Positions 19,296-26,476 of a DNA stretch of 64,000 nucleotides are shown piece by piece. The translations under genes and the position numbers were made by a program. The notes below the pieces were generated by a model. The model was not told where the DNA came from. It saw nothing but the letters and a program-made list of their open reading frames with translations, and searched no databases. Source of the stretch: Candidatus Sericytochromatia bacterium. GTDB lineage: Bacteria > Cyanobacteriota > Sericytochromatia > S15B-MN24 > VGJW01. How positions within the stretch are numbered: the stretch's first letter is position 1; every line of letters starts with the position of its first letter. The stretch lies in contig JAYKHS010000028.1 of assembly GCA_035285865.1 (NCBI GenBank), positions 1 to 64,000 on the forward strand. Reading direction: 5' to 3'.

Positions 19296-19825
19296 CGGCG
19301 ATTCTTGCGGCTTTCAGTGGCGTCGTCATGGGCTGGCTGATCCAGGAGGTCGGGGCTTCGGATCCGCGCCGGTTGTTGGCCAACCTGCGCCTCGAACGAT
19401 TCGACATCATCCGCTTCATGGCCGTGACCATCGCGGTGGCTGCGGTCCTGTTGCCCCTGCTGGGGTTCGTGACGCCCCTGCATACGGCCATCAAGCCCTT
19501 GCAGTGGGTTGGGGTCATCGTGGGCGGCGTGATTTTCGGGATGGGGTTCGGCCTTGCGGGTTTCTGTCCCGGAACTTGCGTGGTGGCGGCCGGGTCCGGG
19601 AGGCGTGAAGCGTGGCTGGTGGTCGTGGGCGGCCTGCTCGGTGCGGCGGTCTATCACCTGACTGCCCCGTGGCTTGTCGACGTCTGGCATCGATGGGACG
19701 TCGGCCGACCGGTCCTGCCTGATGTCGTCGGTTTGCCGGCCTGGGCCACGGGAGCCCTGCTCGGTGCCGGTCTGGTGCTGGCGGTTGTCCTGCTGCCGAG
19801 GGGCGTGCGGAACGAACCTTCATGA
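19292..19825 (+). CDS. YeeE/YedE thiosulfate transporter family, half 2
   Basis: GGVIFGMGFGLAGFCPGT motif; ATGA overlap with upstream half. Confidence 0.85.
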   Translation: MTAILAAFSGVVMGWLIQEVGASDPRRLLANLRLERFDIIRFMAVTIAVAAVLLPLLGFVTPLHTAIKPLQWVGVIVGGVIFGMGFGLAGFCPGTCVVAAGSGRREAWLVVVGGLLGAAVYHLTAPWLVDVWHRWDVGRPVLPDVVGLPAWATGALLGAGLVLAVVLLPRGVRNEPS

Positions 19826-20655
19826 GCCCATCATCTTTCCGGGTAGCCTCGGGTTTCAATCTCGGCCTCGCCCTCGGGGTGGCCGGACTTTTCGCTTCGT
19901 CGCTCCCTGCCGGTGCTGCCGCCCCAATCCCGGTGCCGATGCCGGTGCGGGATCCGGATACCTTGGGTGAGGACGCCCGGGACAGGGTGGTTCGAGATGG
20001 GCTCGACCTGCTTCAGCGCACGGCGATTCGCCTGCCGGCGCATGTCGGCAACCGCCTGAGCTGCACCAACTGCCATCTCGACCTTGGCCGCAGAGCCGGT
20101 GCGGCGCCGTGGGTGGGCGTGCATGCCGCCTATCCCCAGTACCGTGCGCGCACGGGGGGCATCGATACCCTCGAGGACCGCGTCAACGACTGCTTCGAGC
20201 GCAGCCTGAACGGCAAGGCCCTGCCGTCCGACGGGCCCGAAATGAAGGCGATTGTCACGGCCATGGCCTGGCTTTCCGAGGGCGTGCCGGTCGGTCGATT
20301 CGTCGCGGGACGCGGGGTCCCCCCCCTGAAGCCGGCCGAGCCCCCGGATCGTCAGCGCGGCAAGGTCCTCTATGCCAATCGCTGTGCCTCGTGTCATGGC
20401 AAGCAGGGTGAGGGGCTCGGGGACTTCCCGCCCCTTTGGGGTGCCCAATCCTTCAACGTCGGGGCAGGCATGGCCCGGCAATGGACAGCAGCTTCCTTCA
20501 TCCGGGCCAACATGCCGCTTGGACAGGGTGGGACGCTCACGGCACGCGAGGCACATGACATCGCGGCTTGGGTCCTCGCCCAGCCAAGACCAGACTTTGC
20601 GGCCAAGGACAAGGACTGGCCGATCGGCGGCAAGCCGCCGGATTGCCCTTACTGA
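19822..20655 (+). CDS. tsdA: Di-heme cytochrome c, thiosulfate dehydrogenase TsdA-like
   Basis: CTNCH and CASCH; RVNDCFERSLNG with active-site Cys; PPLWG.SFNVGAGM; ANMP. Confidence 0.8.
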   Translation: MSPSSFRVASGFNLGLALGVAGLFASSLPAGAAAPIPVPMPVRDPDTLGEDARDRVVRDGLDLLQRTAIRLPAHVGNRLSCTNCHLDLGRRAGAAPWVGVHAAYPQYRARTGGIDTLEDRVNDCFERSLNGKALPSDGPEMKAIVTAMAWLSEGVPVGRFVAGRGVPPLKPAEPPDRQRGKVLYANRCASCHGKQGEGLGDFPPLWGAQSFNVGAGMARQWTAASFIRANMPLGQGGTLTAREAHDIAAWVLAQPRPDFAAKDKDWPIGGKPPDCPY

Positions 20656-20703
20656 GTGACGGAGCCCGGGGAGTGGCGGGGCCATTCTGCGGGTTCGTCG
20701 TGC

Positions 20704-20731
20704 TTGACGCGCCTTAGGTCCGTGCTATGCT
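20704..20731 (+). promoter_or_regulatory. Sigma70-type promoter for the rhodanese-PDO gene
   Basis: TTGACG-N16-TATGCT with extended -10 TG. Confidence 0.55.
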
Positions 20732-20736
20732 CTTTA

Positions 20737-20751
20737 TACCCCTAGGGGGTA
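20737..20751. promoter_or_regulatory. Putative CsoR/CstR operator
   Basis: (A)TACCCCTAGGGGGTA(T), near-perfect inverted repeat between the -10 and the GGAGG RBS. Confidence 0.8.
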
Positions 20752-20767
20752 TTGGAGGCAGGGCGCG

Positions 20768-21904
20768 ATGGAGATGGTCTGGTCGGTCGAGCGGCTGTAT
20801 GCGGCCCTGAACAAGGGTGAGTCCCTGGCGATTCTCGACGTGCGCAACGAGGACGAGTTCGCTGCCGGGACAGTCGAGGGACGGCATGGGGTGCCCATGG
20901 CGCACGTACCCTACTTCGACTTCATCGATGATGCGGATGCGGCGCTCGCTCGAGTCCCCTTTGCGAAGGACCTGTCGGTGGTGGTCGTGTGTGCCAAGGG
21001 GGGCTCTTCCGAGTTCGTGTCCGAGCTGATGCGCGAGGCCGGCTGGAACGCCATCAACATGGAGGGGGGCATGGCCCGCTGGGCGGATGTGCTGATCCCG
21101 ACGCCCGTCACGCCAGCGGGTCACCCATGGACGCTGCTTCAGTTCAATCGGCCGGGCAAGGGTGCGCTGTCCTACATGATCCTTTCGGATGATCAGGCGA
21201 TGGTCATCGACCCGGCGCGCGACCCCGCGCCCTATGTAGCCGCGGCCGAAGCGCATGGGGCTCGAATCCGTCATGTGATGGACACGCACGTGCACGCCGA
21301 TTATGTGTCGGGCGGCGTCGAGTTGGCCCGCAGGACCGGCGCCACATACCATCTGAGCGGTGTCTGCGGTTATGAGGGCGATCTCGAGGTCGACGGTCAG
21401 CCGGGGTCGATTCGGGTCGGTGCCCTTTCGGCGGTCAAACTGGCTACGCCAGGGCATACGCCCGGGAGCATGAGCTTGCACGTGGATGGGCACTGGTTGT
21501 TGACGGGCGACACCCTCTTCGTGGCCAGCGTGGGGCGGCCCGACCTTGGGGGGCAGGTCGATCCCTGGGCGCGCGAACTCTACGCCACGCTCACGCAGGT
21601 TCTGGCGGATCTGCCGGACGACACCGTGGTGCTGCCGGCGCACTATGCGACGCACGCCGAGATGCGACCGGATGGCGTCGTGGCCGGTACGCTGGGTGCG
21701 CTTCGGCGCGACAACGAAGGCATGCAGGCCCGTGATCTGCCAGCATTCCTGACCTTCATCCGCGCCAACATGCGGCCTTCGCCGGACCATTACGCCACGA
21801 TCCGGCGCATCAACCTCGGGGCGCTGGCACCCAGCGATGAGCAGGTCACGGAACTGGACCAAGGCAAGAACCAGTGCGCGGCCAGCATGGCACGCAAGGC
21901 CTGA
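20768..21904 (+). CDS. Rhodanese domain fused to MBL-fold persulfide dioxygenase
   Basis: ILDVRN..VVCAKGGSS..MEGGMARW (rhodanese); DTHVHADY, TPGHTPG, TGDTLF..GRPDL, LPAH. Confidence 0.88.
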   Translation: MEMVWSVERLYAALNKGESLAILDVRNEDEFAAGTVEGRHGVPMAHVPYFDFIDDADAALARVPFAKDLSVVVVCAKGGSSEFVSELMREAGWNAINMEGGMARWADVLIPTPVTPAGHPWTLLQFNRPGKGALSYMILSDDQAMVIDPARDPAPYVAAAEAHGARIRHVMDTHVHADYVSGGVELARRTGATYHLSGVCGYEGDLEVDGQPGSIRVGALSAVKLATPGHTPGSMSLHVDGHWLLTGDTLFVASVGRPDLGGQVDPWARELYATLTQVLADLPDDTVVLPAHYATHAEMRPDGVVAGTLGALRRDNEGMQARDLPAFLTFIRANMRPSPDHYATIRRINLGALAPSDEQVTELDQGKNQCAASMARKA

Positions 21905-21918
21905 GACTGCGGGAATCG

Positions 21919-21946
21919 GAAGAGGGGCCTCATGGGCCCTTCTTTC
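21919..21946 (+). terminator. Hairpin after the rhodanese-PDO gene
   Basis: GAAGAGGGGCCT-CATG-GGCCCTTCTTTC. Confidence 0.5.
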
Positions 21947-22083
21947 GGCATTTGGGGGAATCCGAAAAAAGAATTCCTGTAAGCGATGCGAAAGCAGTCA
22001 CGACAGCGCTGCCGTAAGCCCGGGTCGGCAAGGTGGGGAGGTCACTCGGGGACACGAAAGCCCCCACCCAAGGAGACCCACAC

Positions 22084-22704
22084 ATGTTCAAGCGCACGCT
22101 GCTCGGTGCCCTGGTTGCCGGGACCCTCTCGGCCTGCGGCACCCTGCCCGGCGTCACGACCCTCGGTTCGGGCGACGATGCCACGACCGCAGCGACCCGC
22201 AACTTCTATTCGGTGATGGGCCTCGGCGATGCCGTCTCGGCAGAGGACGCCGCCACGGGCGATGTCTCGGTACCTGGCCAGCCGCCCGACCGCGAGGCAC
22301 GCATGAGGGCTCGGTTCGCCAGGTTCGATGCCAATGGCGATGGTCAGGTCAGCTATGACGAATTCCTTGCGGCCGCTCCCGGTCCCCGACAGGGAGTTCC
22401 GGATGCCGGTGCCGTCTTCGATCGGATCGATGATGATGCCAGTGCCGGGATCGGCAGTGACGAGTTCCGTGCGGGCTGCGACCGAAAGGGACGTCCGGGC
22501 CCCGGCGAGATGAAGCGCGGTGGCAAACGTGGTCACGGTCCAGGGCGGGGTGGGCGCCGCGGCCATCACGGTGCCAATATGGGCCGGCCACATCAGGACG
22601 GGCTCGAGGCTCCGCGTCCCGAGCCGTCTGCTTCCGTGCCCCCCGCAGTCGAGCAGCCCGCCCCCGACGCACCGGCGAACGAGTTGTCGGTCCTGCAGGG
22701 TTGA
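22084..22704 (+). CDS. EF-hand lipoprotein (paralog 1)
   Basis: AGGAG RBS; lipobox LSAC; DANGDGQVSYDEF and DDDASAGIGSDEF. Confidence 0.8.
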   Translation: MFKRTLLGALVAGTLSACGTLPGVTTLGSGDDATTAATRNFYSVMGLGDAVSAEDAATGDVSVPGQPPDREARMRARFARFDANGDGQVSYDEFLAAAPGPRQGVPDAGAVFDRIDDDASAGIGSDEFRAGCDRKGRPGPGEMKRGGKRGHGPGRGGRRGHHGANMGRPHQDGLEAPRPEPSASVPPAVEQPAPDAPANELSVLQG

Positions 22705-22710
22705 GGCTGC

Positions 22711-22753
22711 GGTCTTCGGCCCTTCCGAAGCGTATCCGGGAGGGCCGAAGACC
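22711..22753 (+). terminator. Long stem-loop between the EF-hand paralogs
   Basis: GGTCTTCGGCCCT...AGGGCCGAAGACC 13-bp inverted repeat. Confidence 0.55.
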
Positions 22754-22887
22754 AAGGGTCAAGGCCGGGTAAAGATTCCGCTCGGGCCTGCTTGAGAGCG
22801 GTCGTGTAAGCAGCCCTGTAAGCAGATATCGCGATGATGCTATTGTGGTTGTTGTTGCCTGATGGGCCGTGTCCGAAGGGATTGCCG

Positions 22888-23523
22888 ATGAGACTTTTGC
22901 TGCAGGGCGCCCTGGCGCTTTCCCTTCTGGCCGGTTGCGGCATGATTCCGGGCTTGCCCGGTGCCGCCGACGACGAGACCACGGCCCAGACCGAGGCTTA
23001 CTACCGGACGATGAGCGCTGACGAGGCTTCCGGTTCCGTTGCGGTCGATCCGCGGGCCGATCGCATGAGAGCGCACTTCGCGCGCATCGACGCCAATGGC
23101 GACGGTCAGGTCAGTTACGAGGAATTTCTCGCGGCCGTTCCCGCTGGCGGCCGCGGCATGCCGAAACCCGGTGACGTCTTCGATCGCATCGATGACGACG
23201 GGGACGGGCGCATACGCGGAGACGAGTTCCGTGATGGCCACCGGCGGGGCGGCCGCCCCGGCCCCGGAGCCCGCAAGCGCGGTGGCAGGCACGGGCGCGG
23301 CAAGGGTCACCCGTCGATGGGGCGTCCTCCTTTCCCTCCGCCTTTTCCCCCGCCCTTCGGTCATCCGGGACGTCCTCCTTTCCCGCCCCCGGCTTCCGGC
23401 GACCTGCCGCCAGCACCTCCGCCGGCATCGGGTGACCTGCCGCCCGCACCGCCGCCGGCCACCGGCGATCTGCCGCCTGCGCCGCCGGCAACGGAAGACG
23501 CACCGGTCGTTCCGGCCGAGTAG
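22888..23523 (+). CDS. EF-hand lipoprotein (paralog 2) with Pro-rich tail
   Basis: Lipobox LAGC; DANGDGQVSYEEF and DDDGDGRIRGDEF. Confidence 0.8.
   Translation: MRLLLQGALALSLLAGCGMIPGLPGAADDETTAQTEAYYRTMSADEASGSVAVDPRADRMRAHFARIDANGDGQVSYEEFLAAVPAGGRGMPKPGDVFDRIDDDGDGRIRGDEFRDGHRRGGRPGPGARKRGGRHGRGKGHPSMGRPPFPPPFPPPFGHPGRPPFPPPASGDLPPAPPPASGDLPPAPPPATGDLPPAPPATEDAPVVPAE
23386..23484 (+). repeat. Three 33-nt coding repeats PPA(S/T)GDLPPAP
   Basis: Visible in the translation of paralog 2. Confidence 0.8.
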
Positions 23524-23598
23524 CCGAGTCGAGATGGTGCATTCCGGCGCGTGCCGGGATGTACCAGCCATTCCAGCGGCTCTGTCGCGAGGTCACAC

Positions 23599-23838
23599 AT
23601 GTCCTTGTTGCGCGGCTTGGGTGTCTTGGCACTCCTGATGCTCGTTTCCCAGCCCGTGCTTGCGCGCGGTGGGGGCCAACGCGCTGATGGGCCCGGCATG
23701 CATCCTCCGCACGGCGAGCGCCCCGGCGGTCTCCCGCCCGGCATGGGTTGGCCTCCTCCTTATCCTGCGACCAGGTCTCCTCTGCCGCTCCAGAATCCGT
23801 CACTGCCCGGCCCGGTCGTGCCGCCCGCGCAGCGCTGA
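23599..23838 (+). CDS. Small secreted Pro/Gly-rich protein
   Basis: GAGG RBS; MSLLRGLGVLALLMLVSQPVLA signal peptide. Confidence 0.5.
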   Translation: MSLLRGLGVLALLMLVSQPVLARGGGQRADGPGMHPPHGERPGGLPPGMGWPPPYPATRSPLPLQNPSLPGPVVPPAQR

Positions 23839-23902
23839 CCGGCTCCAGTCGAGGTACCGTGGCTGAAGCCACAGGCAATCGGTGATCTCCGTCGCTTTTC
23901 TG

Positions 23903-23914
23903 GAACGCCTGTTC
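23903..23914. promoter_or_regulatory. Putative LexA (SOS) box
   Basis: GAAC-GCCT-GTTC, ending 17 bp before the ATG at 23932. Confidence 0.6.
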
Positions 23915-23931
23915 GGTCACGATAGAGGTTC

Positions 23932-24780
23932 ATGATCACCCCTTGGACCGAGGCGGCACAGGCCTTGCGGGAAGGCCGGTACGACGAGGCCCTGCCCGTG
24001 CTCCTCAAGGCTTCCGGCGGTCAGGTCGCGCGCCTCAGGCCGTTGGTGCGGGTCCTGTGCACGGCAGGCCTGCCATCCAGAGCCGTCGCCCTGATACGCG
24101 GCTTGCTGGCCGAAGGTCATGCGGCGACTGCCGAGGCCTTGGCTGCCGACATGCTGGATGCCGGCATCCATGAGGCCGCCGTCTACTATCTGCAGGCCAG
24201 CGCGACCGCGGCCATGGGGCGTGCGGAGACCGCCATCGACCTGATTCGCGTCGGCATGGCGTTCGATGCCGAACCCGCGCGTGCACAGGCGGAGCTTGCC
24301 TTGATCCTGGTGTCGCTGGGGCGCCATGAGGAGGCCTTGCTCGCCTTTGCGGAGGCCCGGGCCGAGCGGGGCCCCCTGCGTTGGCGCGAGGGCTATGGCC
24401 TGGCCCTCGCCATGACCGGACGCCAGGCTGAGGCCCGTCGAGTCTTCGAAGGCATCCTCGCCGAGCTACCCGGGCACGCGTTGGCCGAACGCGCCTTGGC
24501 TGCGCTTCGTCCACCCGGCCGCGAGGAATTGATCCGTCGCCTGCACGCCCGTCTCCGACCCAGGGGCAGTGTCCTGCTCAACCGCCTGATCGAGGGTCCG
24601 GCAACCGAGGCCGAGCTGCAGCAGGTCTTGCGGGACGCGTCCCATCCTGCCGGTCTGATTCGCGCGGTGATTGCGGAAGTGGCGCGTGCGCTGACGTTCG
24701 GTCACGCTTCACTGGTCGTCGCCCACGAAGGTACCTACGCGCTCGCCTGGTCCTTGCTGGACCTGGAGGGCAGCGCGTGA
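23932..24780 (+). CDS. TPR-repeat protein with possible C-terminal winged-helix
   Basis: AQAELALILVSLGRHEEALLAF, GLALAMTGRQAEARRVF; helical C-terminus ending in a beta-hairpin-like segment. Confidence 0.7.
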   Translation: MITPWTEAAQALREGRYDEALPVLLKASGGQVARLRPLVRVLCTAGLPSRAVALIRGLLAEGHAATAEALAADMLDAGIHEAAVYYLQASATAAMGRAETAIDLIRVGMAFDAEPARAQAELALILVSLGRHEEALLAFAEARAERGPLRWREGYGLALAMTGRQAEARRVFEGILAELPGHALAERALAALRPPGREELIRRLHARLRPRGSVLLNRLIEGPATEAELQQVLRDASHPAGLIRAVIAEVARALTFGHASLVVAHEGTYALAWSLLDLEGSA

Positions 24781-25115
24781 CGGGGGCGTCTTCCGTGGTC
24801 TCCGTTTCGCGGGTTCGCATGACCGATCGGGCTTGGCTGGCCGCTTTTCGCGCGGCCAAAGTGCTTTGTGCGGCCCTGAAGCCGGAGGACGAGTTCCTCG
24901 AGATTCGGGCCCTGCTCCGGATTGTGCCTGCCGTGGCCCGTGCTGCCGGTTGGTCGTGTCGTCCGCCCGAGGTCGAGGAGGCCTTCGGGAGGCTATTCCA
25001 CCTGCTCGACTGGGAGGCTCGCAAGGGTCGCGACGCCCGCAAGTTCGTACGCCTCGCCGATCGTTACGGCCAGTTCGAGCCCTTTGTCCTCATCAAACTG
25101 CAGGAGAACGCCTGA
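24777..25115 (+). CDS. Small hypothetical protein, translationally coupled on both sides
   Basis: GTGA overlap upstream and TGATG overlap downstream; GGAGG RBS. Confidence 0.65.
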   Translation: MTGASSVVSVSRVRMTDRAWLAAFRAAKVLCAALKPEDEFLEIRALLRIVPAVARAAGWSCRPPEVEEAFGRLFHLLDWEARKGRDARKFVRLADRYGQFEPFVLIKLQENA

Positions 25116-26476
25116 TGATTCCCGAAGCCACCGCAACCGCTGCCGTCGAGAGTCCCGTGCCTACCCGTGAGGAACGCTTCCTCGCCGAGGGCATCATCCG
25201 TGCCCTGAAGCTGGGCTTGGTGCCCCAACGGGGCGTCGAGCGCGTCGTCGTCGGGCGACGGCGCGAGATGGACCAGCTGCGGAGGGACCTCGAGTACGTG
25301 GCCCAGGGTGGGGCCGGCGTGAAGTTCCTGTCCGGCGACTACGGTTCCGGCAAGACCTTCCTGTGCAGCATGGTGCGCGAGGCGGCGTGGGAGCAAGGGA
25401 TGGTCGTCTCGGTGGTGGACCTCGGGCGTAACGTGGCCCTGCACAAGCTCGAGACCATCTATCAGCAGGTCATGGCCGGCATGAGGACCCGTGAATTGCC
25501 GGGTACGCCTGCCTTCGACAGTCTGGTGCAGCAGTGGCTCTTCGGGCTCGAGGACGAGGTTCAGCGTACCGAGGGTCTCGATCCACTCAAGGATGAGGAT
25601 CGGCCGGTCATCGCCCTGCACGTCGAGCGCCGCATCCAGTCCGCGCTCGCTCAGGTCAGTGTTTTCGACAGCAGCTTCGCGAACGCCTTCCGGGGTTACT
25701 ATGCCGCCATCCAGCGCGAGGACGGCATCACGGCCGATGCGGCGTTGGGCTGGCTCAAGGGCGAGCAGAACATCCCGCAGGAGCTCAAGGGCCGCCTGCA
25801 TGTCAAGGGTGGTGTCAGCCGGGCCAATGCCTTCGCCTTCCTGCGAGCGATGAACAGTCTGCTGCTTTCCATGGGTTACAAGGGCCTTGTCGTCATCTTC
25901 GACGAGACCGAGCTGGTGCGTGGCCTGAACCGCGCGGACCTTCGCCAGGCGGCCTACGAGAACATCAAGATGTTCCTCGATCGCTCGGCCATGGGCGACC
26001 TGCCCCACGTCTATGCGCTGTTCGCCGGCACCGAAGACCTCTTCGCCGACGAGCAGAAGGGCATCCCCAGCTATCAGGCCTTGCACGATCGCATTCGCCC
26101 GCGTCATCCCGGCATCGCCGATGGCACCGTTCAGGAAGTGCGTGGAGCCATCCTCAAGCTGGACGGGTTCTCAAGGGATCGCCTGATCGAGGTCGCCATC
26201 AAGGTTCGTGACCTTCATGGACGCGCCTATGCCTGGGAGCCGGCACATCGCCTCGACGAACCCTTTCTCGCGGACTTCGCCGATCACCTGTCCACGCGTT
26301 TCGGGAAGGCCGCGCCGACCTTCCCGCGAGGTTTCCTGAAGACGCTCGTCGACCTGCTGGACCTTTGCGAACAGGACACGGCCTATGATCCTCGTCGGGA
26401 TTTCGCCCCATCCGAGCGCACGGTCGAGGCCATCCGGGCGGTCGAGGAGCAGGAGGCGCACCTGCTTGACTTCTGA
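25115..26476 (+). CDS. DUF2791 / BrxD-like P-loop ATPase (Shango SngB-like)
   Basis: ALKLGLVP..VGR; Walker A GDYGSGKT; GYKGLVVIFDETE; GIPSYQALHDRI; PRGFLKTLVDLLD. Confidence 0.85.
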   Translation: MIPEATATAAVESPVPTREERFLAEGIIRALKLGLVPQRGVERVVVGRRREMDQLRRDLEYVAQGGAGVKFLSGDYGSGKTFLCSMVREAAWEQGMVVSVVDLGRNVALHKLETIYQQVMAGMRTRELPGTPAFDSLVQQWLFGLEDEVQRTEGLDPLKDEDRPVIALHVERRIQSALAQVSVFDSSFANAFRGYYAAIQREDGITADAALGWLKGEQNIPQELKGRLHVKGGVSRANAFAFLRAMNSLLLSMGYKGLVVIFDETELVRGLNRADLRQAAYENIKMFLDRSAMGDLPHVYALFAGTEDLFADEQKGIPSYQALHDRIRPRHPGIADGTVQEVRGAILKLDGFSRDRLIEVAIKVRDLHGRAYAWEPAHRLDEPFLADFADHLSTRFGKAAPTFPRGFLKTLVDLLDLCEQDTAYDPRRDFAPSERTVEAIRAVEEQEAHLLDF

